DNA from: Octopus sinensis
Taxonomy: Eukaryota
DNA length: 64,000 bases
NCBI RefSeq assembly: GCF_006345805.1
Contig: NC_043016.1
Location: 17,918,001 to 17,982,000, forward strand
Direction of reading: 5' to 3'
Shown: piece after piece, positions 24,068 through 37,800 of the stretch
Layout of the letters: every line of letters starts with the position of its first letter
Position numbering within the stretch: the stretch's first letter is position 1
Position numbers and translations under genes: made by a program
Notes under the pieces: model-generated
The model's input: the letters and a program-made list of their open reading frames with translations, nothing else
What the model was told of the DNA's origin: nothing
Database searches by the model: none

Positions 24068-26235
24068 AATTAATAATAATAATAGTAGTAATAATAATAA
24101 TAATAATAATAATGATAATAATAATAACTCTTTCTACTATAGGCACAAGGTCTGCAAATTTTGGGGAGAGGTTTAGTCAATTACACTGATTCCAGTGATT
24201 GACTAGTATTTTATTTCATCTGCTCTGAAAGGATGGAATATAAAATTGACCTTGCCTCACTGAAGAGCATTTATTTCTCTCTCTTCATTTATGGATTGTC
24301 ATCATACAACTACACAACCCTCATCCTCTTGATTTATCAACAGAGAAAAGTAGACCCTCTTACTCTTTCTCTCCTTTTTTCACTAGTCTTCTAGCAGTCA
24401 ACAAATGATGAAGTTAACTACCTACAGAATGGATAACAGAAATGAAACTAATCATTGTATAACAGGAACTCAGAAAAATAATCTTATACGATGATAATTA
24501 AAATCCATTTCAACTAATGATATTTTTCACCCTCCTGTTATTCACTTGCTACATATTATCATTATATGTCTTGTCCCACATAAATGATATTAATGCTCAC
24601 TTTCGGCTGTACCAACTCCCAATATTAACAGCAATAAGGAAATAGAAATATGGGTTATGTTAACCCAGCCAAACCAAGTTCTCAATCATACAGGGGGAGT
24701 GAATAACACTAAATGCTTCCAAATGTACCTTTTTTTTAATTACTATCTTGCTCTAATCATTCTGGGGGTTTTTTTGTTGTTGTTTTTAAGTTGTTGATAT
24801 TCCCAAATCACCTTGGTTTTCTATAATTTACTTTTGTACATTCTCACACAGTTTTTATTACCTTCCTAGTTTTAATGTTTAATGTAACAAAATGACTGCA
24901 AATGCTTCTAATTTCTCTTGATACAACTAAATAAATAAGTGAAAGAACTATAACTGGTGTATTGGAAGAATTATTAGAGCATCAAAACTGTGTGAGGCTG
25001 TCCTAACAGTGTCTACAAATCTTAGCACCACCATATTCTGGAGTATGCCTGCGCCTCTTCTTACATTCTTTTAGAAATGTTTGTTTCACTCGACTTGTAC
25101 TAATTGAAAATGGACTGAAAAAGTACAATCCTCAGCTACTAGAATACATTTAGTTCAACAGCTAGGTAGGCGTAAGTTAAGTTGTATAGTAATTTTCTAA
25201 AGTGGATAGAGTTTGAAATGGTCACTAGGGAGGTTTTTCTTGAAGTAGATGACTCTTAGGGGCTGAATGTAGCTTTATTATTATTATTATTGTATTGCAT
25301 CTCCAGGCTTTGCTATATTTATTATCAGAGCTATCGTAATACAATAAGGCATTTTGTTTCAGGAGTTTCCCCTAAGTGACACCTGTCATCTATATTAAAG
25401 AATACCTGGATATTCCTTTCAATATTTCGGAAGGGGCGGTAAGGTGGTAATCTGGCAGAATCATTATCATGCCAAGCAGAATGCTTTGCAGTATTTCGTC
25501 TGCTTTTACATTCTGAGTTCAAATTCCACCAAGGTCAGCTTTACCTTTTATCCTTTCAGGGTCAGTAAAATAAGTACTAGTTTAGTATTAAGGGTCTATG
25601 TAATTGATTTAATGCCTTCCCCAAAATTACTAGCCTTGTGCCAAAATTTGAAACCAGTATTTCTAGTGGTAATGGCCTACTTCCGTGTTGTAAATATTGT
25701 TTTTGATGCCCAATTCAAGCGAAATTTGTGCATCTAAACCAGAATGAAGGCACATGGCTTAGTGGTTAGGGTGTTGGACTTCTGATTGTAAGATTGTGGT
25801 TTTGATTCCTGGATCAGGCGATGCATTGTGTTCTTGAGCAAAGCACTTCATTTCACGTTGCTCCAGTCCACTCAGCTGGCAAAAATAAGTAATCCAACAA
25901 AGGACTGGCTTCCCATCCAAGTGGGGAGTTCATACACCATGGAATCCAGGGAACTGGCCCTTATGAGTCGGTGTGACTCAAGAAAGTAACTTTACCTTCT
26001 ACCTAAACCAGAGATAACCCTTTGATTTATATATAGGAAATCCAATTTTCAAAGACATTGATAATGTAAATGCATGCCTTTATGGTTAGTCTCATTATAT
26101 TTTGAGTTTTTAATTACTCTGTAGTATCATCTTTTTGTATTGATTCTTCCATTTCTGAATGGGGTCTGTTGAAATGCCTCCGTAGATTTGTGAGAACTTC
26201 CCTTTTTTTTATTTTTTCTTATTTGTATGTAGTTA

Positions 26236-26652
26236 CAGTAATCCCTCGATTAACACAGGTATTACGTTCCAAAACTTCTTGTGATAGGTGAAAATCCACA
26301 AAGTAGAAACAGTACTATACTGTGTATTTTTTTATTATTATTACTTTTATAATTTCTATATATTTATTTCCTTATAAATGCGAAACAACACCATGGAGGA
26401 ATCAACATAAGCTTAAATAACAAAGGGAAAGTTTACGTAAAAAAGCAAAAGACTAAGACAGGTGGTGTACAAAACAAACAGATGTATTAGTATAGCGCTC
26501 AGGAATAGTAAAAGTCTTTTACGTTTCGAGCCTACGCTCTTCTACAGAAAGGTACACAGAAAAAACAAGGAGTGAAAAAAATTGTGTGTAGTGGCTAACG
26601 ATCTAAATAATAAACCGTGATAGGTGAACCACCATATGATGAGAGATTACTG
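26236..26652. mobile_element. Tc1/mariner-type MITE with TA TSD, containing a nested Penelope-like end
   Basis: TA|CAGTAATCCCTCG...GAGAGATTACTG|TA. The inner segment at about 26445-26606 is the reverse complement of 47170-47315. Confidence 0.75.
26516..26551 (-). ncRNA. Minimal type I hammerhead-like motif (A6U core variant)
   Basis: The reverse strand reads CTTT-CTGTAGA-A-GAGC gtag GCTC-GAAAC-GTA-AAAG, with stem I CTTT/AAAG and an ACGT palindrome as stem III. Confidence 0.5.
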
Positions 26653-27592
26653 TATTCATAAATGTTGTTCTGTTTCTACTTATAGCATCTTTTTATTATT
26701 GTACATTATAAATTTTGGTACATTCAATAGTGTATTCAGATTTTTCTTTTTCTTATTTCTTTACTTTCTTCTTCTCTGTTAGTCTTACATTTCTTCAAGG
26801 TGCTTTTATATGACTGTTTGGTGTAGTGTAGATATAAGTTTATGATTCTCCAATCTCCAATGTATTGTTCCTTTGCTCCAGGCTATCTTTTAATTTTGCT
26901 TCTATTTTATTAAGCTTTAGCACAATATGACTGCTACAAAATTTGCTATAACTGGTTTAGGTGCATTAGTGGAAACTTAAGTTGTATCTATTTTGCAATA
27001 AATACAAACATGTTTACTCATATGCTTTCTGTATACACAGAAGTCGAACATTTTAACCAAATAAAGCAATCGTATCTCTGCAACATGTTTCTTGTTGTTA
27101 CAACAGTGAGGAGGGTCTTTTCAGAAAATAAAGCATGGCTTCTCCAACATATGTTGCAGTCATTTTATCATTATTATTAAAAAGTTGTAGAAGTAGTATT
27201 AGTATTCTGTTGAGATCGACTTTGCCCTTCACCCTTTCAGGGTCACTGAAATAAGTATCACTTGGGCACTGGGGTTGATATATTCAACTAGGCCCCTTCA
27301 CTCAAATTTCAGGCCTTATGCCTCTAGTAGAAAGGATTATTATTATTATTATTATTATCATCGTTATTAAAGCGGTGAGCTGGTACAATCATTAGCACGC
27401 CAGGCAAAATGCTTAGTGGAATTTCGTCTGTCTTTATGTTCTGAGTTCAAATTTCGCCAAAGTCAATTTTGCCTTTCATCCTGTTGGGGTCAAGGAAATA
27501 AGTAACAGTTAAGTATTGGGATCGATGTGATCAACCATGTCCCTCCCCTCAAATTCCGAACATTGTGTCCATAGTAGAAAGGATTATTATTA

Positions 27593-27640
<48 letters not shown>

Positions 27641-27642
<2 letters not shown>

Positions 27643-27858
27643 CACTCAACAAATTCGACTGTTGGAAAAGAAAAGAATCCTAACATCAGGCTACAAGTAA
27701 CCTTAGATGCCAAGAACCCTCCTAAGTATCCTAGCTGTCCCTAATAACCGTTTTCTGCAGCTGTACTAAACTGGGTTTTATGCCTATTTCCTCTATCCAT
27801 CTGTTCAGATCTTTAGGGATAGCTCCTAATGCACCTATAACTACTGGGGTACATTTCT
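27641..27858 (-). mobile_element. R4/Dong-type LINE extreme 3' end with (AAT)n tail
   Basis: The reverse strand reads PVVIGALGAIPKDLNRWIEEIGIKPSLVQLQKTV..GTARILRRVLGI*. The tail is the (ATT)n run at about 27585-27640. Confidence 0.7.
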
Positions 27859-27873
27859 ATTATTATCATCATT

Positions 27874-27985
27874 ATTATTTTTTTTTATCATTTCATTATA
27901 GGTAAACCCCCAAACTTTATGTCTTTTGTCTTTGTATTGTCCCCCTCATCCTTTGCCCTTGTGGCAAATAAATGAAATCATTATT
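27874..27985 (+). mobile_element. Tx1-like LINE 3' UTR fragment
   Basis: Near match to 61750-61850 (tcatttcattata.gtaaacccc...gtggcaaataaatgaaat). Confidence 0.65.
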
Positions 27986-28461
27986 ATTGTTATTATTTTG
28001 TTGAAACTCTTGTGCAGCCAGAATGGTGCTCTCAATCTCTATTTTTCAATGCTCCTTTCTTCAGCCAATCCCACCTATGCTTTCCTGCAACTTCTGTTGT
28101 GGCTACATGGAATTGATTGTGTAGTCACTTGTTGCATACTGTTTTTTCATGTCCTTTTTGTACTTCTTCTTTCGTTTTTTCCTTTTTTCCCTGCTTTCTA
28201 TACTCCCCCATTCCTAACTGACACTAGCAAGGTTTCCTTACTTTGAGATACATATCTTATTAAGCCCCTGAATTCGATACATATGCAGTCTTCAACAATT
28301 ATCAGTCCCTTTCCTCTATTTGCTTTCTTCATCATCATCATCCTCATCATCATTATTATTATTATCATCATCATCATTATTATTATTATTATTATTATTA
28401 CTATTATTATTATTATTATTATTATTATTATCATTATTATTATTATTATTATTATTATTTT

Positions 28462-29069
28462 TTCCTTCTTTCTTCAAATTTTCTTCCGTTTCTCGCCGAG
28501 TGTTTTCCATAAACCTAGGGCAGAGAAGGGCATTGTATGCATTCCCAGATCACAATCGCAAATTCACAGATAAAATATGTATTTAAAAATTAATAAATAA
28601 ATGAATTCATGGATGGATGTTATTTTCACAGTGATAATGCTCTTCTCAGTACATGAGTCATTCCAGTTAACATGATTTTTTGCACTTCCTGTAGGGATGG
28701 TAAGCCTGAATCATTTTCAAATAGGTTTCAGTACCTTTTTTTAATCATTCCTAGAGATCCTACAATCACTGGTACTGTAGTCGCCTTGAGATGCCACATT
28801 TTTTGTCAAATTCTTTTGCCGCTATATTGTGATCGCAAGGAATACTCATGTCAATTAATAAACACACCTTATGTTGTCTGATCTTTTATAATAATATCCG
28901 GTTTATTAGCCTTTATAGTTTTGTTGGTATGTACGGGGAAGTCCCGGAGAATCGACACATTTTCTCCCTCAGTCACATCTTCAGGATGGTTTTTATACCA
29001 TTTGTCAGCGGTTTTGATTTTATAATGCCGACATATTGTCCAGTGTAAATACTGGCCGACTCTGACATG

Positions 29070-29075
<6 letters not shown>
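28462..29075 (-). mobile_element. R4/Dong-type LINE 3' end between (AAT)n arrays
   Basis: The reverse strand reads RVGQYLHWTICRHY...ILRDFPVHTNKTIKANKPDIIIKD...LIDMSIP...VPVIVGSLG...HVLRRALSL*. (ATT)n arrays flank it at about 28330-28460 and 29075-29130. Confidence 0.8.
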
Positions 29076-29138
<63 letters not shown>

Positions 29139-29207
29139 ATTTATCCTCATCATTGTCGTCGTCATTATTTATTGTTGTTATTATTATTTCTGTTTTTATT
29201 TTTTCAG

Positions 29208-29403
29208 GCTTGGGGCTAGTTATGGAACTCTGTTCTGGTCGTTGTTTAGCTTAACTCAGCTAAAAGATATCAAGATTGAAGATGGACCGAAATTTACAGA
29301 ATTAATGGGCGAAATCTTGTTCATGGCATACCATGCCATGGCTATCATTGTTTTAATCAATATGTTAATTGCTATGATGTCAAATTCATATCAAGAAATT
29401 GAG
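29208..29403 (+). CDS. TRPC: TRPC exon B (pore helix LFW, filter, S6); phase 2/0
   Basis: Acceptor ttttttcAG at 29206-07 and donor GAG|GTAAGT at 29404. Translates (T)LGASYGTLFWSLFSLTQLKDIKIEDGPKFTELMGEILFMAYHAMAIIVLINMLIAMMSNSYQEIE. Phase matches exon A. Confidence 0.97.
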
Positions 29404-29432
29404 GTAAGTCAACTTCACCGTCGGTTTTTGTT

Positions 29433-29870
29433 TGGTGGTGGTGGTGGTGGTGGTGGTGGTGGTGGTGGTGGCAGTGGCAGCAGCGGCAGCATTGTTGACA
29501 ACAGTGATGTCATTGCCATCGCCATCATAATCATCATCATCAACATGACCATTATCATCAACATAACCATTACCATCATCATCAACAAAATAACCATCAC
29601 CATCATCATAACAATTGTTATAGCCATTAGCAACATCAATATAACTATCACCATCAACCATTAACATCATCAACATCAACAACCATCAACATCATCAACA
29701 TCATCAACATAACCATCATCATGAACATAACTATCACCATAACCATTAGCAACATCAACATAACTATCATCATCACCATAACCATTAGCAACATCAACAT
29801 AACTATCATCATCATCAACATCAACATAACCATCATCATTGTCAACATCATCATTACCATCATCACCATC
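29433..29870. repeat. (GGT)n followed by a degenerate (CAT/CAA/AAC)n triplet array
   Basis: Direct reading. It begins 29 nt into the intron after exon B. Confidence 0.9.
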
Positions 29871-29898
29871 TCCTATGATACAATTTTCCTGTTTTAAA

Positions 29899-30375
29899 GT
29901 TATCTAAATTTAAAACCTTTCATCAAACTTTCATGTTAATTTATGTCTCAAAACTCTAGCTTAATAGTGACAAAGTTATTTTGCAAAATTCCTCATTATT
30001 TTGAAAATTAATTGAAACAAAAGCAGTGCATTTCAGCAGCAATATGGTAACAAAAGAGTTAAAATTATCTAAATTAAAGACTTTTATCAAAATTTTATGT
30101 TAATTTGTGTCCTAAACCCTAGCTTCATATTAACAGTTATTTTACTAAATTCTAGATTATTTTCAAAATTAATTGATACAATGTGTATTTCAACAGAAAT
30201 ATGATAACAGAAGAGTTAGAGTGATCTAAATTAAAACCCTTCATTAAAATTTCACTTTAATTAGTGTCCCAAACACTAGTTTAATATGACAGTTGTTACA
30301 CTAAAATTTTCGTTATTTTCATAATTAATAGAAATAAAAGCATTGTATTTCAACTGAAAAATGATAACAAAAGGA
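29899..30375 (+). repeat. Three tandem units of about 160 bp derived from the 3' part of MITE P2
   Basis: Units start at about 29899, 30064 and 30221 (ttatctaaatt...tttcaaaattaattga...gtaacaaaagagtta). A fourth partial unit lies at 30668-30800. Confidence 0.8.
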
Positions 30376-31675
30376 AATAAATATTAAATATTCTATATTG
30401 AAATATACATTTTTGGAACTTTTACCATTTGAATTTGGATATTAAAAAGGTCATAAAGAAATATTAATTTTCCATACAGATCATGATGGCAAATTGAGGA
30501 ACTCTTCATATGTACAAACAAAAGTATAAAAAGAAAAAAAAAGTAAACAATGCACTGCATCAGACATTCTTTCCTAACATGATAACTGTGTGGTAAGAAG
30601 TTTGCTTCCCAACCACATGGTTCCAAGTTCAATTCTCATAGTGCCAGGTTGACTAATGTCTTGTAAGCAAATTTTTATAAAAGTTTCATGTTAATTTATA
30701 TTCCAAATTCTAGCATCATAGTGACAGTTATTTTACTAAATTCTTAATTAATATCAAAATTAATTAAAACAGTGTGTATTTCTACAGAAATATGGTAACT
30801 GCCTTCTACTTCAGTCCTGGAGCCAACCAAACTTGTGTAAATGGATTTGGTAGAGGGAAACTAAAAGAATTTTCTTCATATATCATAAATTTCTTATCTT
30901 TTACTTATTTCAATCATTAGACTGTGGCCATGCAAGGGCACTGCCTTGAAGAATTTTTAGTCAAATGAATTGTACATATTATTTTAAAACCAGGTACTTA
31001 CTCTATCAGCCACTTTTGCTGAACTGCTAAGTTACAGAGACAAAAACACACCAACATTATTTGTCAAGCAGTAGTGGGATACAAACACACACCACACACA
31101 CACACACATACATACATATATATATACTGCTTGGAGACAAAAGGCATGTTATAAAAATCAGCCTAAACACTTGCCTTCACAGCAAGAAACTCTTATTTTT
31201 ATATCGTGTATATAATAGGCTTCCACACAATTTCTTTGTAAAAAAATTAAAATTTTGCTTTACGAGGTGTTAGTCAACCTGGTGCTGTAGTAGAAGACAC
31301 TTTTCCAGCAGTAGAACTGAACCTAGAACCAACTTGTTACAAACCAAGTGACTATGTCTGTGCTGAGTAATATGTATATAATTTTTAATGTATTCATAGG
31401 CTTGAAAACAGCGGATGTAAGTACAACCCCTAAAATTTTTGTTGGGGCAATGAAAAATGCTTCAAAGATCCTTCTGAAAAACTGGATTTGCACACTCTAA
31501 GCAAATTTCATTCCTGCACTTTACAAATGTTTCTAATTTTTAAAGGAATTATGCACTTTGCTCACCAAAATATATTTGTCTTTCAACAATAATTTCTTTA
31601 CATGCTTTTAAATGATACAAATCTTTAATTTTTTTTCTTTTCTTTTCTTTTTCTCTTTCTCTATTTCTTTCAAAG

Positions 31676-31888
31676 AATCATGCTGATATGGAGTGGAAGT
31701 TTGCCCGATCCAAACTCTGGATGGGCTATTTTGATGAAGGTTCAACATTACCACCTCCATTCAACCTAATAATAAGTCCTAAATCTGTATATTATTTTCT
31801 ACGCATCATTAAACAACTTATTTGTCGATGTGTAACACACAACAAGCATCGTAAACCAAGAAGGAAATCTGTTGAAGGCACTATCAAG
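31676..31888 (+). CDS. TRPC: TRPC exon C (TRP box and proline-rich box); phase 0/0
   Basis: Long polypyrimidine tract, AG at 31674-75 and donor AAG|GTACGG at 31889. Translates [71 protein letters not shown]. Confidence 0.97.
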
Positions 31889-34800
31889 GTACGGATCATA
31901 CAACGATAAAGGGGAAAATTTCCTCTTGGTGTACTCATCTATTGAAATCTTACTTTTGTTTATTTGCTGTTTTGCTTTAAATATTCTTTGAGGACTCAAC
32001 TCAAATCATTACAATTCTATATTTCCGAAACGAGAAATTCTTATACTATGTATTAGTCAGATTGGCGTTTTCTACTTAGTTATTGCTTTCCGCTACGTTT
32101 CACCTGCTGTATGCTCCAACCTTTTTTTTAAGTGCTTGTGATTCACTTTACTGAATTACCTTGGATCGAACTCAGAAGCTTTAGGTGACTGCACTGCATT
32201 AAGTAGACACTTGAAGAAGGCTGGAGAGTACACAGCCAAAATATAGTGAAAGCAAAAACCAAGATGAAGACACCATTCTGACTAAAACATAATATAAAAT
32301 CATTACAGCATTTAGTTTCATACGTGTTCAAATCATGATATGGTTCTCTATAGTTTGTTGATTAATTTTTTTTTTAACCCCTGTAGTTCATAAGATATAT
32401 AACAATTACAAATTATGGTCCTTTCATTTAACTATATGTTTCCTTGAGAAAATATTTGGCCTTGTGCCTCTTCAAAAGTCAATATTTATTGGCCTCATAC
32501 AGAATTATGATTCCCAAATGTTGGCAGCATGTTTCTAATGTCTGGTTATCGGATATATATTTTTAACTTCAATTATACTGCTAATATCCTTCACAAAAGG
32601 CAAGAAGACTATTCAGTCTTATTATTTTCTTTCTATACAAAGGTAGCAAGCTGGTAAAATCATTAGTACACCAACTACCAATTCTTTACATTCTCAGTTC
32701 AAATGCTGCGATGGCTGGCTTTGTTTTTCATCCTTTTGGGGTTGATAAAAAAAGTACCAGTTGAGCACTGGGGTTAATATAATCAATTTTCTTCCTCCCC
32801 TCAAAATTCCTAGCCTCATACCAAACTTAGAAAGAATTATTCTTCTCTTACAATTAGGTTTCTTGTGCCTATAAAAGAAAACATCTGCTAACCTGGTGTT
32901 GAAATCCTTGTACAATTGAGATAAACTTTTCATGATGTTTTGGTCACTGAAAATGTACAAGTGACCAATAATCTCATTTCATTATCTCTTACATAAATAT
33001 ATATAAAGCTCTCTGCCCCTTAGTGAAAAAGTATATATATAGTTTCAATTAGAAAACTCTGAGTTCTGTCTGCATTCAATGAACTATTTCTGCAATCCTA
33101 GTCTGGTTTATGGTTTTTAATTATTATCACTTCGTTAAAATGGGCAAATGGATCTTTCAGACAACCTTAAGTGTAATCAAATCTCATTTAGTTTCTTCTG
33201 TAAAGAAGGAGTCTTGTGCTTACAGAAAAAAGAATTCAATATTCATTAAAATATTGAGTAACAATATCTGAGGTGTACAGACAAGCTTATATCAGTCCAT
33301 ATACAAGACTCAGTTTCAATACTCAATTCAAAGTCCTGAGTTCAACTACTGATTAGGTTAACTTTGAAACTATTTGCATTCCATTATGCTGTGCATAATT
33401 CTAGAAACAGAAAAATAGGCTTAAATACATTTACTTTAAGAAATCGTCATTGTCTCAATTCTTTCAGCTGTAGAGTTGCGACGTCACTGGTACCTAACTA
33501 TATCAGCCTTTGCCTTTCCCTTGGATAACATCGGTGGTGTTAAGAGAGGATGTTCGTATGCATGGCCAACTGCTGGTCTTCCATACAAAAAACTTTACCC
33601 AGACTTGTACCTAGGAGGGTAATTTTCTAGGTGCAATCCTATGTCGCCCATGACCAAAGGGGGTCTTTTTACCATTTATAACACAAACAAAACATATTTT
33701 CCCATTGAACTCTATGCTTAACTTCCCTTTTCAGATGGAAGTAAAAATAAGATTTTCAAAAGTACAAAACTCTCATGCATACTACACTTTCCAATACTTC
33801 ATTGCTGAAAGTTGTTGTTTCAAGAACTAAATATACTTACCCGAAGAGCAAGACGTAATTAAAATACATTATAAAACCTTTGAGATAAAAATTAATAATG
33901 CACTGCCCCGACCTTTTCCATTTATTGTCTTTCAAAGCATGTTAAGTGATTTACATTTAACACACTGGATTATCCTGTTTAGCTGCTGGACTGACGAGAT
34001 TTTAAAAACGTTGACTTAAAATAATTATGAGACAACAAAGTGCCAGAGAAATGCATGGTCAGAACGTTCAAGACACAACCACATGGCATCCCTATTGATC
34101 CCTCACCTACATTGCACCTAAGACATGACATGCGTCTTCCACTACAACAATACAGTAGAAGTGGAATTTACGTGATGGGAACTGTGCACATTTCAGTTAT
34201 ATAATATATGAATATTATACAAATAAACATATATATATATATATATATAAATACAATAAGAGCTTCCAAATAGGAAAGCGTTGTGCTAGAAAGAGCAGTA
34301 GAAATCTCAAAAACCACAAAAAAGGGATAAATTCTCGAAAGGAATTCTATATGAATAATATATAGTCTAATGACTAATTCGTTTTTTTGTGCTAAGCCAC
34401 TGGTAATAATAATTTATTATTACCCTATGTATATGTTTTTTATATATATATATATATGTATGTATATATATATATATATATATATGCACATATATGCATA
34501 TATACATATAAATATATATATATATACAATGTACATACATGCATACATACATATATACATATATAGATATGTGTATATATATATATATATATATACACAC
34601 ACATACACATTGTGTTTTCTGCTATAGCCACCAGCTGCCAAGGCCTAGCGAGTGGATTTGGCAGACATCAATATAGGTAGTGTCTTGTCCGGTGTTTGAT
34701 GTGAATAATATACATTACTACATATCAATATACATATACTGAGATTCTCTTGGCATGTTGTTGTTGCCCATAGAGTGCTTATAATCTCAACAAACACTGC

Positions 34801-37800
34801 AGAGTTCATGATGTAGATCCAGTGGCAATTATATCATTACTGTGGGTGACATCAGGTAGCCCAAACAATGGAAGTGCTTTAATCAGCATACGACTAGACA
34901 TATACCCAAAGTCCAAATAATTACCTATTTATAAATATACACACACATAATATGCATATACATATATATAAACTAGCACGCACACACACACACACACATA
35001 TATAATCACTCAGTGATTGATAAGTCCTAAAAGAAGTACACTCTAAATTTTAGAGCAGCGATAATTAATATAGTTGTCCATTGTGGCAGGTCATGGAGTT
35101 ACCAATGGTTTTGCACCTATATTGCTAAGATTTCTATACTTGTAAAACCAATGTTGATTCCGAAACTGGCCATAACCAGCAAATATATTATTAATACAAA
35201 ATATATATAAACATATACACAGTGTGTGTGTATGTGTATATATATATATATATATATACATACATACATCTACATGCACACACATACATACATCTACATG
35301 CACACGCGTGTGTGTGTGTATGTGCATACATGTTTGCCAAAGTATATTGGTGGAAGAATCCAAAAGCCAATGCTCTTTGAACAAAATCCTTTTGTGGCAA
35401 TTTTTTTTGTTCTGCAAATATGCAGTGAACCAGTGATTGATCACTTTCAGACACATAACCAATAATGTTATGGCTTACCAATTCCAATATCCAGAAAGAA
35501 AGACTAAGATGGGGCTCTCGTACCAGATTTCCAATACACTACTTCTCTATGAAAACAAACTACTTGACATTGATTACCAAGTAAAAACAGAGAATAGAGA
35601 AACTAGCAAATAGAAAACTGTTGGGTTTATTATAAGTTTCCACATTGCTACATAAAAATGATATTAATATATGCAAATTATATGCAGTGAACTGGCAGAA
35701 TCATTAACATACCAGACAAAATGCTTCGCAGCATTTGTCCCCCTAACTTTACATTCTGAGTTCAAATTTCACCTATGTCAACTTCGCCTTTCATCCTTTG
35801 AAGGATCAATAAAATAAGTACCATTTAAGCTTGGGGCAAGGGTTCAATGTAATCGACTAGCCCCTAATTCCCACTAAGTTTCAGGCCTTGTGCCTATAAT
35901 AGGAAGATTTATATGTGTGCTGTACCATAAGCATGAAAGATATTTTGTAATTGTCCTTTAAGAGGTTCATATCATTTTCAAATATTTTGAACAGGTGATG
36001 TTGGGTTACAGATATCTCATTGATCCTAGTTTATAAGGAATAAGTGCCAAATATTCTGGAAAGGTAACTAGCAATATACTGGACTAATCCAAATGGAAAT
36101 TTTGATCTTTTACCTTTCTGGGTTTTTAATTGTTTGTTTTTTATTTATCTTTTTTTTTTTCTTTGGATATCTGCTTTTAAGTTTGGGATTATCTCCTAGT
36201 TATACAGATATCTGAAAAAAAAAATCAGTTCTTTTCAATATGTGTGTGTGTAGCTATAGTTAGGTATTGATGTGAATATGTGACAATAATTAAAAAATCC
36301 ATGCAAGTTATATTTGCATTACTTTTTGACTTATCTCTGTGTATATGAGGCTAAGATAAAAAGTAATGTTAATAAACCTTGCATTACTTTCTGACTTTGC
36401 TGTGTGTTTGTTTTGTGTGTCCCTTGAGAGTCCTCACAACCACTATTTTATCTCCCCTTATCAGTGTCTCCCCAATTACTCCTCACCATCATTTTTCTAC
36501 AATGCAAAACCCAGTTTTGTTCTGGTTCCTTCTTTCATACTTCATCATCTCATCTCATCTAGCACAAAGCCACCTACTGTAGTCACCAATTAGTCAAAGT
36601 ATTATCTTAGTCTTGCAAGCTGCATGGTCACCTCACAAGTGCACTGACCACTGAAAAAAAAAGCACCCAGTACACTCTACTATAAAGTTATTGGCATTGG
36701 AAAGGGTACCTAGCCATAGAAGCCCTACCAAAGCACACTCTGGAATATGTTGCATACTAGCATAGAAGATCTTTTTATTTTTATTATTTTTTTTACCTTT
36801 TACTTGTTTCAGTCATTAGACTACAGCCATACTCAGGCACTGTCTTGAAGAATTTCTAGTTAAATAAATCAGACCTGGTACATTTTTTTTCTTAAGCCTA
36901 GTTCTTATTTTATTGGTCTCTTTTGCTGTACTGCTGATTTACAAAAGCATAAACACACCAACACACATTGTCAAGCGGTGGTGACAAATGCAACACACAC
37001 ACACACACAAACACACCAACACCAGTTTCTGCCTGCCAAATCCACTCACTAGGCCTTGGCTGCTGGTGGCTATTGTAGAAAACACTTGCTATTCTGTGGG
37101 ACCTAACCCAGAACCATGTGGTTGAGAAGCAAGCTTCTTACCATACAGATCAGCATTAAAAGATGATAATGATGTTGATGTTGATGATGATATACATGAG
37201 CAAATGGTCCCTGGTGGTAGTCAGTGTTCCAGTCAAACCAAGAGAGCTAAGCTTCCCTTGGCTTTTCAAATTGCTGTTACTGCCTAACTGTTGCAATCCT
37301 GACAGAAGAATAACAGTTTTTTTAGGTATTTTTTTTTTTTGTGATGTGTGGGATTTGAACTCACTACATGCACAGAGCAGGAGCAAATACCAAAAGGTAC
37401 CCAATTTTTAACACTCAAGCAATTTCGCCAGTCCACCAGTCCACCACTCTGGACTGACACTTTTTTCTTCTCTTCATTCTCAAAAGGATAAAAGACAAAG
37501 TTGACCCTGAATGGTTTTTAAATAAAAAACACAAATGAAGTGGAACAAATACCACCAGGCATTTTATCCCGAACTCGAATGACTTTACCAAATCCCATCT
37601 CATTTCTCTTTAAGTGGTATCTTTTATCTTTTACTTGTTACATTTATTGGACTGTGGCCATCCTGGGGCACTGCTTTGAAAGGTTTAATCGAACAAATCA
37701 ACCCCAGTACGTATTTTTCGTGAGTCTGGTACCTACTTAGTTAGTCTCTTTTGCTGAATTGCTAAGTTACGGTAACATAAACAAACCAACATCATTTGTG

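Noticed and set aside
25000-25290. Possible CR1/L2 remnant (YKS...LEYAC) with an (ATT)n tail
   Set aside because: It is too degenerate to assign by eye.
28198-28586. Poly-Ile/Leu/Asn ORFs, also at 61802-62234
   Set aside because: These are translations of (ATT)n arrays that are retroelement tails or targets.
29404-29664. Poly-Gly and Ile/Thr extension of the exon B ORF
   Set aside because: It is readthrough past a perfect GTAAGT donor into (GGT)n and (CAT)n repeats. The TRP box continues in exon C.
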